A DNA stretch of 61,793 bases, the filler included. It is 8 parts of 8 records of this genome, joined end to end, with 100 filler letters (N's around TTAATTAATTAA, not from the genome) between each part and the next. Parts side by side here need not be neighbours in the genome. Positions count along the whole stretch, not along the records: positions 32,547 to 42,334 come from SRR7504441_827; positions 42,435 to 49,137 come from SRR7504441_828; 6 more parts are not named here. One strand, written 5' to 3'. The translations under genes were made by a program, and so were the position numbers. Under the pieces are notes generated by a model, which saw only the letters and a list, made by a program, of their open reading frames with translations, did not search any database and was not told the DNA's origin. Below, piece by piece: positions 33,920 to 44,043 of the stretch. Position 1 is the stretch's first letter; the number at the start of each line of letters is the position of its first letter.

Positions 33920-35357
33920 ATGGACTGGGACGATGACGAGTACAAGCCTGCGGTCGTGCTCGACAATGGCGCAGGCATTGTAGCGGTGCGGATGCTGGTA
34001 AGGGCCAGGGCCAGGTACGCTCAAAGTAGGTTTGTCGGGCGATGACGCACCCCGAGCAAGTTTTCCAAACTATATGGGGGCGGCCTACGGTACAACAGAC
34101 TACTACGTCGGCGAGGAAGCTCGGCAGAAGCGCGCTGGACTGATAATGAAGCACCCGCACGATGATCTTGGGATGATTCAGGATTGGGATAGTATGGAGA
34201 AGATCTGGAGGCATGCGATCGATCGGGAGCTGCGGCTGGTGATCGGCTGCCCAGAGGACGAAGACGAAGAGGACGTGGCAGGACTGCTCATCACTGGCCT
34301 CGCTGAGCAGCCTGCAGCTGTCGCGGAACGGGAGCGCACTGCGGAGATTGTGTTTGAATCTCTGCAGGCCCGGCGGTTGCGTCTGGCTAACGCGCAGATG
34401 CTTTCTTTATTCAGTGCGGGTCGGGACACTGGGCTGGTGGTGGACTGCGGGCACCTGATGTGCCGGGTGACGCCTGTGTTGGAAGGAAGCGTAGTGCGGC
34501 GCGCGGCACAGCAGCTGCCCATCGGTGGGCATGCCTTGACTGACTACATGTACAGAATTCTCAACGAGAGCAACATCTGTGGGCCTTCAAATAACCCTTG
34601 CAGAAGTCACGTTGAAGCTTCGCTGGTCAAAGAATCAATGTGCTGCGCCTCTATGAACTTTGAGCAAGAGCTGCGCGAGTTTGGATCGAATAACAAGACA
34701 TTTGAGCTGGTCGACGGGCAGCTGATCTTAGTTGGCAGCCAGCAGATTCGGTGCCCAGAGCTGCTGTTCAGGCCATCGATGTACCGGGAAAGCGCATACG
34801 GGCTGCACGAGACTTCCGCCCAGGCCGTGCTGCTGTGTGATCCTTCCGCGAGGCCACAGCTGCTGGCCAACGTCGTGCTGTCGGGAGGCGGCTCCTTATT
34901 TAGAAACCTGGGCGACCGGCTCCGGGTCGAGCTGGAGACTGTCAAAGCGATCGATGTGCCGTGTTACTTTGACCGCTTGCTGAGCTTTAGGATGGCGCTG
35001 CATCCGAGGCTTGGGAGCACATCTCCAGCCCGGGTCATGCCCAGCAGAATGGTACAGAAGGTGGGCCAAATGCTCGGCGATGGCCGGTGGGCCAAACGAC
35101 GGGAGCTCAGAAAGGCGAGCTTTGAAGATCTTGCACCATTTGCGCCAGGCAAGGTTTGTGTGGTTGCAGAGCCCGAAAGAATGATATCTACATGGTGTGG
35201 TGGGTCGATCTTGTGTTCACTTTCCACACATTGTCCCACCAATCCTAACGCATTATGGATGCACCGGACTACCAATCCACCAATCTTAGGATACGATGAA
35301 GTCGGTTCAAGGATTGTTGATATGTACTCCTTAAATGAATACACAGTTGTCAGTTAG
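33920..35357 (+). CDS. Divergent actin-like protein (one GC-AG intron, 33975-34014)
   Basis: Spliced 'AVVLDNGAGTLKVGLSGDDAPRASFP', then 'DWDSMEKIWRH', 'TGLVVDCG', 'CPELLFRPS', 'NVVLSGGGSLF' and 'PERMISTWCGGSIL'. Confidence 0.92.
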
Positions 35358-35736
35358 TTAACTTAGTTCGTTCGTTAGTTCTAAAGTTGGTTAAACCATG
35401 GGAAACTAGGCCGTGAGTAAGGGGCTAGTGAGGAGCGGTATTATTAAGACCAACGCCTGTTGCATGGGTGGCAGCCTCACTCCGACCCGCCGTTCCATTC
35501 AGCCGAACCAGATGCGCAGATGTACTAGAGCGTCGGTGCAAATCAGCCGCCTCCGAAAGCCGCGAAGGCCAGGGCGCGGTGTATATCGACCAGTCGTGCT
35601 GCGGTCGTCCCTCTAGCCGCTCAGCCAGCCCATCGCCGGCCAGGAAGAGTGCGGCAGCCGTGCAGCTCTTGGTGTCGTGGTGTCCGTGCGTCGATGACCA
35701 AAGTTCCGTTACTTGCAGTCTGCCCGCGGTCTGATC

Positions 35737-36798
35737 ATGGCTGTCCGCAGCGGTCATCAGGCTCCATTGAGGCCCGCGCTGGTTGTGCTGGCCGCACTGG
35801 CCGCTGCGGTGCAGTGCTGCTCCAACTTCGCGATGGAAGACGGCTACTTGCTGTCAGCGCGCACCGAGGACCTGGGGGTAGTGCCGTACCATTTTGCGCT
35901 GGTCACTGTGCCGACAAGCACACCAGCGGTAGTCGCAGCCACGCATGGGTATGTCGCCTTCACAGCGATGCGTTACCCGCCCCCGCTCTCTCTGAACGCG
36001 ACGCAGGGGGTCAAGGCAGGCCTGAACGATGAGGGTCTATCCTGCGACAAGCAGACGCTGATCAACAGCACTTACCCGCAGCCCAGCGCAACCAAGCTCA
36101 ACCTAGACGCTGCCCTGCTTTGCCGTTGGGCGCTGGAGGGGCACGATTCGATCGCGGCGGTCCGGCGTGGGCTGGCCCAGGTCAACTTCGTGAGGCCTGT
36201 AGATCCGGGATTCTTTGATGGTCACTGGTCGCTGCGGGACAAGTTTGGCCAGGGACTAGTTATCGAATTCATTGAGGGGGAACTAAAGGTTTACCAGGAC
36301 AATAACGATAAGGGGCTGACGGGGTTTGGGATCATGACGAACGAGCCGCCGTTTCCGTGGCAGCTTGAAGCCGTCCGCCACCTGGAATGGAAGATGAAGC
36401 TTGCCAGGCCTGCAGTCAGCCTTCCGGGGGGTTTCTATCCAGACGAGAGGTTTCAACGGATCTTCTTGGTCAAGTCCAACATGCCTCGAGCGACGTCTTA
36501 TCAATCTGCTGTTGCCAATGCAGTGCACGTACTCAACACGGTGACAGTCCCACTTGGCTCGATTGGCACCGATTCTGGCCCCGGGGAAGGCCAAGCAGAT
36601 CGCACTCACTTTGGTGTCATCTATGATCATGTAAATCGAACAGTATACTGGAGGAGCGCAATCAACCAGAACCTACAGCGGCTGAGGCTAGCCGATGCTG
36701 GATTAGGACCAACCGGAGTGCAGCAGCATTTGATAGTGAGCAGCTCCAAGCTTGAGTGGTTTCATGACGCCGCTGGGACCTTGGAAAGGGCCAAGTGA
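35737..36798 (+). CDS. Choloylglycine hydrolase / penicillin V acylase family Ntn hydrolase with signal peptide, intronless
   Basis: A hydrophobic leader precedes the nucleophile 'CSNF'. Further motifs 'SARTED', 'GLNDEGL', 'HWSLRD..G..LVIEF', 'MTNEPPFPWQ' and 'LPGGFYPDERF'. Confidence 0.9.
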   Translation: MAVRSGHQAPLRPALVVLAALAAAVQCCSNFAMEDGYLLSARTEDLGVVPYHFALVTVPTSTPAVVAATHGYVAFTAMRYPPPLSLNATQGVKAGLNDEGLSCDKQTLINSTYPQPSATKLNLDAALLCRWALEGHDSIAAVRRGLAQVNFVRPVDPGFFDGHWSLRDKFGQGLVIEFIEGELKVYQDNNDKGLTGFGIMTNEPPFPWQLEAVRHLEWKMKLARPAVSLPGGFYPDERFQRIFLVKSNMPRATSYQSAVANAVHVLNTVTVPLGSIGTDSGPGEGQADRTHFGVIYDHVNRTVYWRSAINQNLQRLRLADAGLGPTGVQQHLIVSSSKLEWFHDAAGTLERAK

Positions 36799-36982
36799 GC
36801 CTACAAGGGCCAGAGGCATTGAATATCGAGCTCCAGGTCTTGGGGCGGAGGTGGCCGAAGGGCACAGCGCCCCGGGGAACTCGAGTTTGTCGAGTTCGTG
36901 ACTAGTTTCACGATCTAGGTTTACGATAGTTTTATAATAGTTTTACGAGTGAAATACTATGCTACTCTATATGCTGATGACA

Positions 36983-39262
36983 CTATGCGAGTTTATCACT
37001 ATTGGGCGGGCGGTACATGCAATCAAATTTCTTTGATTTGCCCACCAACGCGAAGCTGGCGGGATTGAGTTGGTCACGCAGCAAGAATTGGAAGAGATCG
37101 ATCCATTCATTCTTCAAGGTCTCTGACTTGTCGTAGTCCAGCTTGCCATCCTTCTTGCACTCGGTTACCATCAAGTCCAGTGTGCGGTCCGAGGCCACAA
37201 GCGAGAACGAGAGCCGTTGCAGCTTGCGGTCGATCGGCAAATGCGGTGCTTTCTCAATCTGCGTTTTATCGCATCGCTGGAACGCCCGGGTGGCCCGGCC
37301 CACAACAATAGCCTTGATTGAGCTGACAGGCATCGACTTACCGAGCTCCATCCCTGACGCTTCGGGGTCCTTCCAGTAAATCAGTTTCATGTCGCCAGGG
37401 CAGTGCACCAGCCGTTTGGCCATTTTCCCTGCTCGACTCACCTTGACAAACAGCATGCCCTTAGTCATCGCGCCCTTGAACATTTGAATCTTCCGCCACA
37501 TCCGACGGTCACGCCAGGTGCGTTGAATCTTCAGCACGCGTCTTTCCACCGCCAGTTGCTCCGCTGTCTTGCGGTTCCGCCAGTCTTCGGCCCCAAACCG
37601 GCTGATATAACCCCTAAACACCGCCTGGATGAGCGTGGCGCAATGGTTGATCTGGATCCGGGTCAGATGGTACCCCTCCACCTGTGCCAGCGGCACGCAC
37701 GACAGATTATCCTCCATCTTGCCTATATCCCCTTCGGTGGGCTCACCGAATCGTAGCGTCACAAAGATCATTCCCCTATCTATCGCCTTTTCGCGATCGC
37801 TTCTCTGGATTAGTCGGCCGCGTCGGTCCGTCTCACCTGTGAGTGTGTGCCACTTGCCTATGGGAGGCCCGTCCTTGACCAGTTCCTTGAGCTCCACCTT
37901 GCACTCGCCCAGGAACTCGTCGCTGCCGATGTCCTCATCAAACACCTTAAGCACCAGGTTCATCTTCATCCTCTCCTCCGGGTCGACGTCGAATTTAAAA
38001 CTCTTCTCCCACACTGGGTTGCGCGTCTGCTTGCGCACGTCTGTCGTGAACGTCTCATCTCCCACCGTCGCCTTAACGTAGCAGTCTGACATGCTCTCGC
38101 CTGAGAACGACACGTCCTGCCCGATCACGTTCTTGGCCTGGTGGATAGTAACATCCAGCTGGCAGTGAGACTCGTCGTCTGAGCTCTGGTTAGGGTCGGG
38201 CGGGTAAAAGTACTCCATAGTCAGCACTTCCTCGGGGTATGCCAGCGCCTCCTTGTCCCCCACGCTGTCGTACGCTGCATAGTACGACGGCAGGATCTCT
38301 GTGTTGAGTCTCTCCTCCACACGCTTGCGCATGCTTGCCAGCCCATACTTAGACATCTGGGTTAGCTGTTCTTCGGCTTTCTCTTTGTTCTCCAGTTTCC
38401 ACACCTCGAGCCCTATCCTGTCGGCCCCGTGCCCGTTCTCATCAAAATACAGCGCCGCGAGGTCCTTTGACATGTTCACCCTCAGCCGTATGTTCGCCCG
38501 CTGAATGTGCGACAGCCCTGTCCGCAGACGCAGGCACCCGCCAATGTAGTCCTCCAGCGGCGGCCCATCGCCCGTGCAGTACGGGTCATCCAGCGCGCCG
38601 TCCTCCCCCGCCGCCCCCCCCAGCTTACTAGTCTCCCTGCACGCCCGGACAAAGTGCGCCTTCGCCCACGGGTAACTTGAGCTGTGCTCGCCGGCCTTGC
38701 CCAGGATGCTCATGGCGTCCTCGTCCTCGCGCATCTCGTCTATGTCCTCCCACACCTCCTTGTTCCCGCACAGCTCGATCACGTCCTCCAGCTCCTCGGG
38801 CCGCGCCACCACCGGGTTGCGCAGCTTGGCCTGCTCGGTCTCGTCCATCTCGCTGTCCTCCGCCTCCTCCTCCCCCGCGCTGTCCTCCTCCCCGCTGTCG
38901 CTCCACTCCTCGTCCGCCTCCTCCTGCGAGTCCTCCAGCCCCTGATCCTCCTCATACCCGGCCGGCATCAGCGGCTCCGGCGGCCGCTCGGCCTCCACCA
39001 GCTCCGGCCCATCCGGGAGCTCCTCAGTCGGCTCCTCCAGGTGCGCCCGCGGGTTGTTCGGGTCGAACGGCCGCTTGGTGCGCGGCAGGCCCAACACGAG
39101 CCGGAACACCTGCTCGATCTGCTGGGTGCGCGAGATCACCTCATCCTCCTCCTCCGCCTCGACCTCCTCCACCGCGTCCGCCGCGGCCCGGGCGGCCTCC
39201 TCCTCCCGGGATAGCCCGGGCGGGGCCAGCGCTTCGGCCAGCAGCGATTCGCACACGCCCAT
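36983..39262 (-). CDS. Acidic N-terminus + C2 domain + IQ motifs + PLC-type PH domain protein
   Basis: C2 'LDVTIHQAKNV...SDCYVK...TRNPVWEKSF...VFDEDIGSDEFLGEC'. IQ motifs 'IQAVFRGYISR' and 'IQRTWR'. PH 'GMLFVKVSRAGK...IVVGRATRAF...SFSLVASDRTLDL...EWIDLF'. Confidence 0.85.
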   Translation of the reverse strand: MGVCESLLAEALAPPGLSREEEAARAAADAVEEVEAEEEDEVISRTQQIEQVFRLVLGLPRTKRPFDPNNPRAHLEEPTEELPDGPELVEAERPPEPLMPAGYEEDQGLEDSQEEADEEWSDSGEEDSAGEEEAEDSEMDETEQAKLRNPVVARPEELEDVIELCGNKEVWEDIDEMREDEDAMSILGKAGEHSSSYPWAKAHFVRACRETSKLGGAAGEDGALDDPYCTGDGPPLEDYIGGCLRLRTGLSHIQRANIRLRVNMSKDLAALYFDENGHGADRIGLEVWKLENKEKAEEQLTQMSKYGLASMRKRVEERLNTEILPSYYAAYDSVGDKEALAYPEEVLTMEYFYPPDPNQSSDDESHCQLDVTIHQAKNVIGQDVSFSGESMSDCYVKATVGDETFTTDVRKQTRNPVWEKSFKFDVDPEERMKMNLVLKVFDEDIGSDEFLGECKVELKELVKDGPPIGKWHTLTGETDRRGRLIQRSDREKAIDRGMIFVTLRFGEPTEGDIGKMEDNLSCVPLAQVEGYHLTRIQINHCATLIQAVFRGYISRFGAEDWRNRKTAEQLAVERRVLKIQRTWRDRRMWRKIQMFKGAMTKGMLFVKVSRAGKMAKRLVHCPGDMKLIYWKDPEASGMELGKSMPVSSIKAIVVGRATRAFQRCDKTQIEKAPHLPIDRKLQRLSFSLVASDRTLDLMVTECKKDGKLDYDKSETLKNEWIDLFQFLLRDQLNPASFALVGKSKKFDCMYRPPNSDKLA

Positions 39263-39373
39263 TCTGTTCAGCCCCGGGGGCTTGCTACTAGATCTACCAC
39301 CAAGCCTGCTCCGCCTTTCCGGCGGGTCAAATGCCGTTAGCTATCCCGCCGGGTCGATAATCCCGCGGGCCGC

Positions 39374-39864
39374 ATGTCGATGCTGCCGGCCAAGTACTCG
39401 GTGCGCATCTACCGGTGCAGCTTCATTAGCGCGGTGAGCGTGGCGTCGGCCGCATACAACCAGCAGGCCATGTGCCTGGCGTGCGCTGTGCTGGTGATGG
39501 CCACCTCGATCAACCACTGGCGCCGGCCGGAGTGGACCTCCGTGCGCAGGCGGATGGACATGGCTGCTGTATTCGCGGTCGGTGCATACCAGCTCTTTGT
39601 CGTCAGCCCGACAGCGCCCAGTGGCGCCTTCGCCGCCTGTGAGTGCCCCTTGTGCTCGCGCAAATGACGGCCGGCTTGGCAGACGTAGTCACTGTCGGCC
39701 TCGGCGCGGCTTGCTACGCGGCGGCACGCCGCTCCTCGCGCGTGCACGGCGACCTTGACAGATCCACGCGGTGGCACTGTGGACTCCACCTGTTCGCCAA
39801 CTGCGGCAACCTGGTTCTCTACGATGCGCTCGGCGCAAACTTGCTAGGCTGGCCTGCGAGCTGA
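39374..39864 (+). CDS. Small (about 148 aa) multi-pass membrane protein with CREST-like S-x-x-H and H-x3-H motifs, one intron
   Basis: The spliced product contains 'ATSINHWRRP...RRRMDM' and 'WHCGLHLFANCGNLVLY', with 4-5 hydrophobic helices. Confidence 0.65.
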
Positions 39865-40251
39865 GAGGCCTCACAGCCAGCACACACCGGCCTCGACGCC
39901 TCACGCGCTTGGCGACTCGGCACGACACGCTCGCGGCGTGCGCCCCTCAGCCGTTGGAGCCCCGGCAAGGAGCTCTATGCAGGTAGGTGGCGCAGGTCCT
40001 TGCATGCAATGCCCACCAACGCCTTCAAGGACCGTCTTGAGATGCTTCCACCACAACAACCAGATTACCTAGCTGCTACAGTACGACAACCTAACACTAC
40101 TCGTACATGTAGGTAGCCGCAATGACCGTGTGATCATCGGGACCACCAGAGATCATTAATAGATCATGTTATTCGAGAGCACGGCGCAAGCACGGTCGCA
40201 ACAATTTATAAAACGCAACATTGAGCAACAATTAAGCCTCACGCTGTATAC

Positions 40252-41638
40252 CTATCTGGCGTACATCCGCATCAGACGCTCGTGCAGCCGGCTAACATTG
40301 CAGGCAAGCGCTTGAGCTTGACCTAACCGCCAGCATTGCCCTGACCAACAACTAGGCACTCACCGGTGACTGCCGAGAGGCCTGCTAGAGCCTCCGTCGA
40401 AAGCATAGACGAGCTGGAGGGGGCGGCTGCCTTCTTCACCGGCATTGGGGTCACTCCCTCATCGTCCACTGAGTTTGCAAGCGCCGCACACTCAAACACT
40501 TGTGCGTTGATCCGAGCCAGGTCGGCCGCCAGCGACTCAAACACCATCTCAATCTCGCCGTTCATCCGCTTCACGCTGGCAAGCCCCCGGTCGGCGCCGT
40601 CGGGCGGCCGCGTCTCACCGGGCTAGTTCATCGGCCACGGATTCACGAGCCATCGGCGCGGCTGCTGTGCTGTTGGCGCTGTACTGAGACATAATCCTAT
40701 CCTTGGCCGCCGCACCTGCCCTGGGTGCCCGGCCGCGCTCCCGGCACGGCCCACCGCTGTCCGAGCCACTCCCCAGTCTTGAGAGCACGGCTCTCCCAGC
40801 AGCTGTAATCTGCGAGGGCGACACACCTGCCCACACGCTCAGCCACCCGCGACCCGCCCGGAGCACCGGCCCCAATCGGCTCGCTCCGGGCTGCCGGGCT
40901 GCGCTTATTCGGCTGCACGAAGGCCTGGTCCAGGTGCGTGTCATTCACCTGGCCAGCCGTAAGCTCCGGCCAGCAGCGGCGAACCGGCAGCTTAAACTTG
41001 ACGCAGCTGAGCGCCGCGGCGATCCCGGCGATGAATTGCTCGCCCTCGGTCCGGATCAGCGCGAAATCGTAGTACCAAGCGTCCCGCTGCGCCGCTACGT
41101 GCCCCTCAGGGTAGACTAGAATGGTGAGCAGCTCTGAGAGTGAATTAGAGTTCAGGGCATGCCGGATCCAGCCGCGGTGCTTGCCTGCCGCCAAGCTCCT
41201 GGGCCGACCAGCAAGATGGATCGCCTGTCGGGGTCTTGATATTGCTGCTCTTATCCACCAGGGACATGGCGGAGGCCAGCCGGGCGTCCACGCAGCATTG
41301 CGGGTCGGTGCGCACGGCGTCGCAGATGAACCACCAGAACGAGGTGGGGTCGCTAGAGTTCTTGTGCACCAGCCCGTGCTTGAGCACCATCTCGATCGCG
41401 TTGCACAGCGTGGCCACGCACACCTGCCCCCGCTGGCCGCTCGGCCGACGGAGGGCCACCTGGTCGGGCGTCAGTGGGGTGTCCTTGCCCTTCATGGCTG
41501 CGCTCTCCCGGATGCACGCCCGGACCGCCTGCCGGCCGGCTCGGGAGGGGCGGGCTAGCCCCGGGCTGCCTGCCGGAGCTCCTCCAGCAGGCATGCGCGG
41601 ATCGCAGTGTGGTTGTTGTTCGCCCGGTCGTGCTGCAT
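40252..41638 (-). CDS. RUN-domain protein, multiple introns (5' end uncertain)
   Basis: 'LLEELRQ|AVRAC', 'VATLCNAIEMVLKHGL', 'TSFWWFI', 'GKHRGWIRHALNSNSLSELL' and 'WYYDFALIR...LSCVKFKL' correspond to RUN blocks. Confidence 0.8.
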
Positions 41639-41872
41639 CGGGAGGTCCGGCTTGGTCCCGACCAGCCTGCAGCCGGCGTTGCTGGCGTCAGCTCCCGGTG
41701 CCCCCTTCGACTTGGGCTAGCCAGTGGCAGCGCTGCCGGCAACTTGGGCTGGTCTTGGTGCTCTCCCCTTGCGGCCGGGCCACCTCCTTGACCAACGGAA
41801 ACGGAAGAAAGGCAGTTGGCACACCGGCATTCCCTCCACGTCCCGAGAGCAGGGGGCTAGGAGTGTCGGGCA

Positions 41873-42334
41873 ATGGGTTCAGTCAAGGAGCTGGCGGTCG
41901 AGCTATTCCAGATGCTGGACACGGACAAGGACCGGAAGCTGTCCCGCGAGGAGATCCTACAGGTGTACAGCCAGATGTCCCAAGAGGAGCAGTGCTTCGG
42001 CTCGTCCAAGAGCTTCTTCGGCCAGCTCGACTTCGACGACAACCACCAGGTGACGCTCCTCGAGTGGTCCAGCTACTGCCAGAGCATGGTGGCCGTCCGG
42101 GGCGAGGAGTCGATCGCCCGTTTCTGCAACCGAATGATAGCCGCCGCCTCCGGGAAGAGGCCCAGCAAAAAGAAGGACGCGGCCGCAGCCGAGTTCAAAG
42201 CCGAGCGCGAACAAGCACGGAAGAAGGCCGAGCAGGCCAAGGCGGAAGAGAAGGCATCCGAAGTGAGGGAGGCAGCGATGAAGGAGGAGTCACGGAAACG
42301 AGTGGAGGAGGACCGCAAGAAGTTCCAGGCTGAA
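41873..42334 (+). CDS. EF-hand pair plus coiled-coil protein, 3'-truncated
   Basis: EF-hands 'FQMLDTDKDRKLSREE' and 'FGQLDFDDNHQVTLLEW'. Confidence 0.8.
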
Positions 42335-42797
42335 NNNNNNNNNNNNNNNNNNNNNNNNNNNNNNNNNNNNNNNNNNNNTTAATTAATTAANNNNNNNNNN
42401 NNNNNNNNNNNNNNNNNNNNNNNNNNNNNNNNNNAGTCGGAATCAAACCCCGTGGCCGAGCCAACCGCGAAGGAGGCCGTGCCAGCGCATTCATTTGAGA
42501 GCAGGCGCTACCGGCGCTACCGACTCGCCGATTGAGGTCATGACTGAGGTTTACACAGGGTTTACAATCACGAATCCTGACTTTTGTTTAATTTATTAGC
42601 AGCCAAGATAGTCGGTCACGAGGGGCTTAAATTTAGACCAGTGGTTTAGTAGAAAAAGTGCTTTTAGTTAGGCTAAAAGTACTCAGAATTGCACGATTGC
42701 ACGTAGATAACTGATTGCACGTACGTGGAGATACCCGAGTGCATCAATGACTTACAGAGCTCGTCATTTGAAACAATCGAGCCAAGAGCCGTGTAAA

Positions 42798-43886
42798 TCA
42801 GAGCTCTTTTGGCTGCTGCGGGGCGGGGCAGCCGTCCGGCCCGGTGGGCACTTGGTCCCCGCACAGCCTGATCCGATGGAGCAGCCTGAGCCCCTCCTGA
42901 GAGAACCCGTTGTTAGGAGTCGCCGAGTGCAGCAGTGCCCTGTTGTCCCACACCACAAAGTCCCCCACCTTCCAACGGTAGCTCAGCTCCGACCGCTTCC
43001 CCAGCGCCAGCGCCAGCTCCAGCCGCCGATGCAGCTGGTCGTGGTCCGGCCTGGCGCCCTCGGCCTCCACTCCTTGGATCCACATCGGTGCCAGCACGAG
43101 TGCTTTGGCCTTGTCTCCGTCAGGTAGCTGCCACACCGCCGGATGCACCGTGGATGGCGGCCCCTCCCGGCTCCCGGCGCCAGCATACAGCCCGCCGGTG
43201 TTGGCGCTAGCGTTGGCCCGCTCGGCGGTCAGCAGCCCCCGATACCCACTAGCGTGCATAGAGAGCGGAGTCCTCGAGTAGCTCACCCGCGCACAGTCCC
43301 AGAACCGGCGCGCGGCCGGATCGAGCCCGGCGTACGCCACCCGGGCGTCCATGAACAGCGTGTCCCCGCCGGCAGGTTTGACAGAGATGCAATACATGGA
43401 GGTGGCGATAGACGGGGTGTCTTGCTCGTAAAGCCCGTCGGTGTGCCACTCCCGCACAGGCTTGCCCGAGCTCAGCCGGCCGGGCCGCACGCCGTGGTGC
43501 CCGGCCGGCACCGCCCCCTCGCCTTGCAGCAGTATCTCCTTTCTGTCTGGGATCCGCCAGCGCAGATATTTCTCGGCGTCCACCCCCGGCACCCCGAGCG
43601 GCCCGTACGCCTTCTCGGGAGGGGCCGCCGCGTCGTGCGGGAGCAGTCGCATCAAGGCCACCTCCTGGTCCGGGCTGAGCTGCTGCCCGGCCCAGGCGAG
43701 CAGCCGGTGCTCGGCAAAAGCCTGGCGGAGCTGCTGGTGAAGGCAGTCGGCCGGCAGGATCTGGTGGATCGGAGTGTGCACTGCAGCCCCGAAGCTGCCG
43801 GGCCAGCGGGTCAGGTTGAGCTGCCCCGCAGGGCACGACTCGCCCGCCGCCAGCGCCACGATCAGCCAGAGCACCGCGAGAGACAT
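42798..43886 (-). CDS. TauD/TfdA-family 2OG-Fe(II) dioxygenase with predicted signal peptide, intronless
   Basis: Motifs 'WHTDG', 'GGDTLFMD', 'TVHPAVW' and 'YRWKVGDFVVWDNRALLHSA...RLLHRI'. Leader 'MSLAVLWLIVALAAG' begins at ATG 43886. Confidence 0.9.
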   Translation of the reverse strand: MSLAVLWLIVALAAGESCPAGQLNLTRWPGSFGAAVHTPIHQILPADCLHQQLRQAFAEHRLLAWAGQQLSPDQEVALMRLLPHDAAAPPEKAYGPLGVPGVDAEKYLRWRIPDRKEILLQGEGAVPAGHHGVRPGRLSSGKPVREWHTDGLYEQDTPSIATSMYCISVKPAGGDTLFMDARVAYAGLDPAARRFWDCARVSYSRTPLSMHASGYRGLLTAERANASANTGGLYAGAGSREGPPSTVHPAVWQLPDGDKAKALVLAPMWIQGVEAEGARPDHDQLHRRLELALALGKRSELSYRWKVGDFVVWDNRALLHSATPNNGFSQEGLRLLHRIRLCGDQVPTGPDGCPAPQQPKEL

Positions 43887-44043
43887 CTTGCCCGCGCCCG
43901 TTCGTCCGGCGAAGAAAGCGTCTCTGGAAATGCCGCGATCGAATTTTGTTTTGGTCTTCGCGGTCAGCTGCGGCAGTTGAGAACAGCAGAGAGCTGCAGG
44001 CAGGGGTGAAGGGGGGGTAGTCCAGCTGCCCTCGTAGGAGCCA

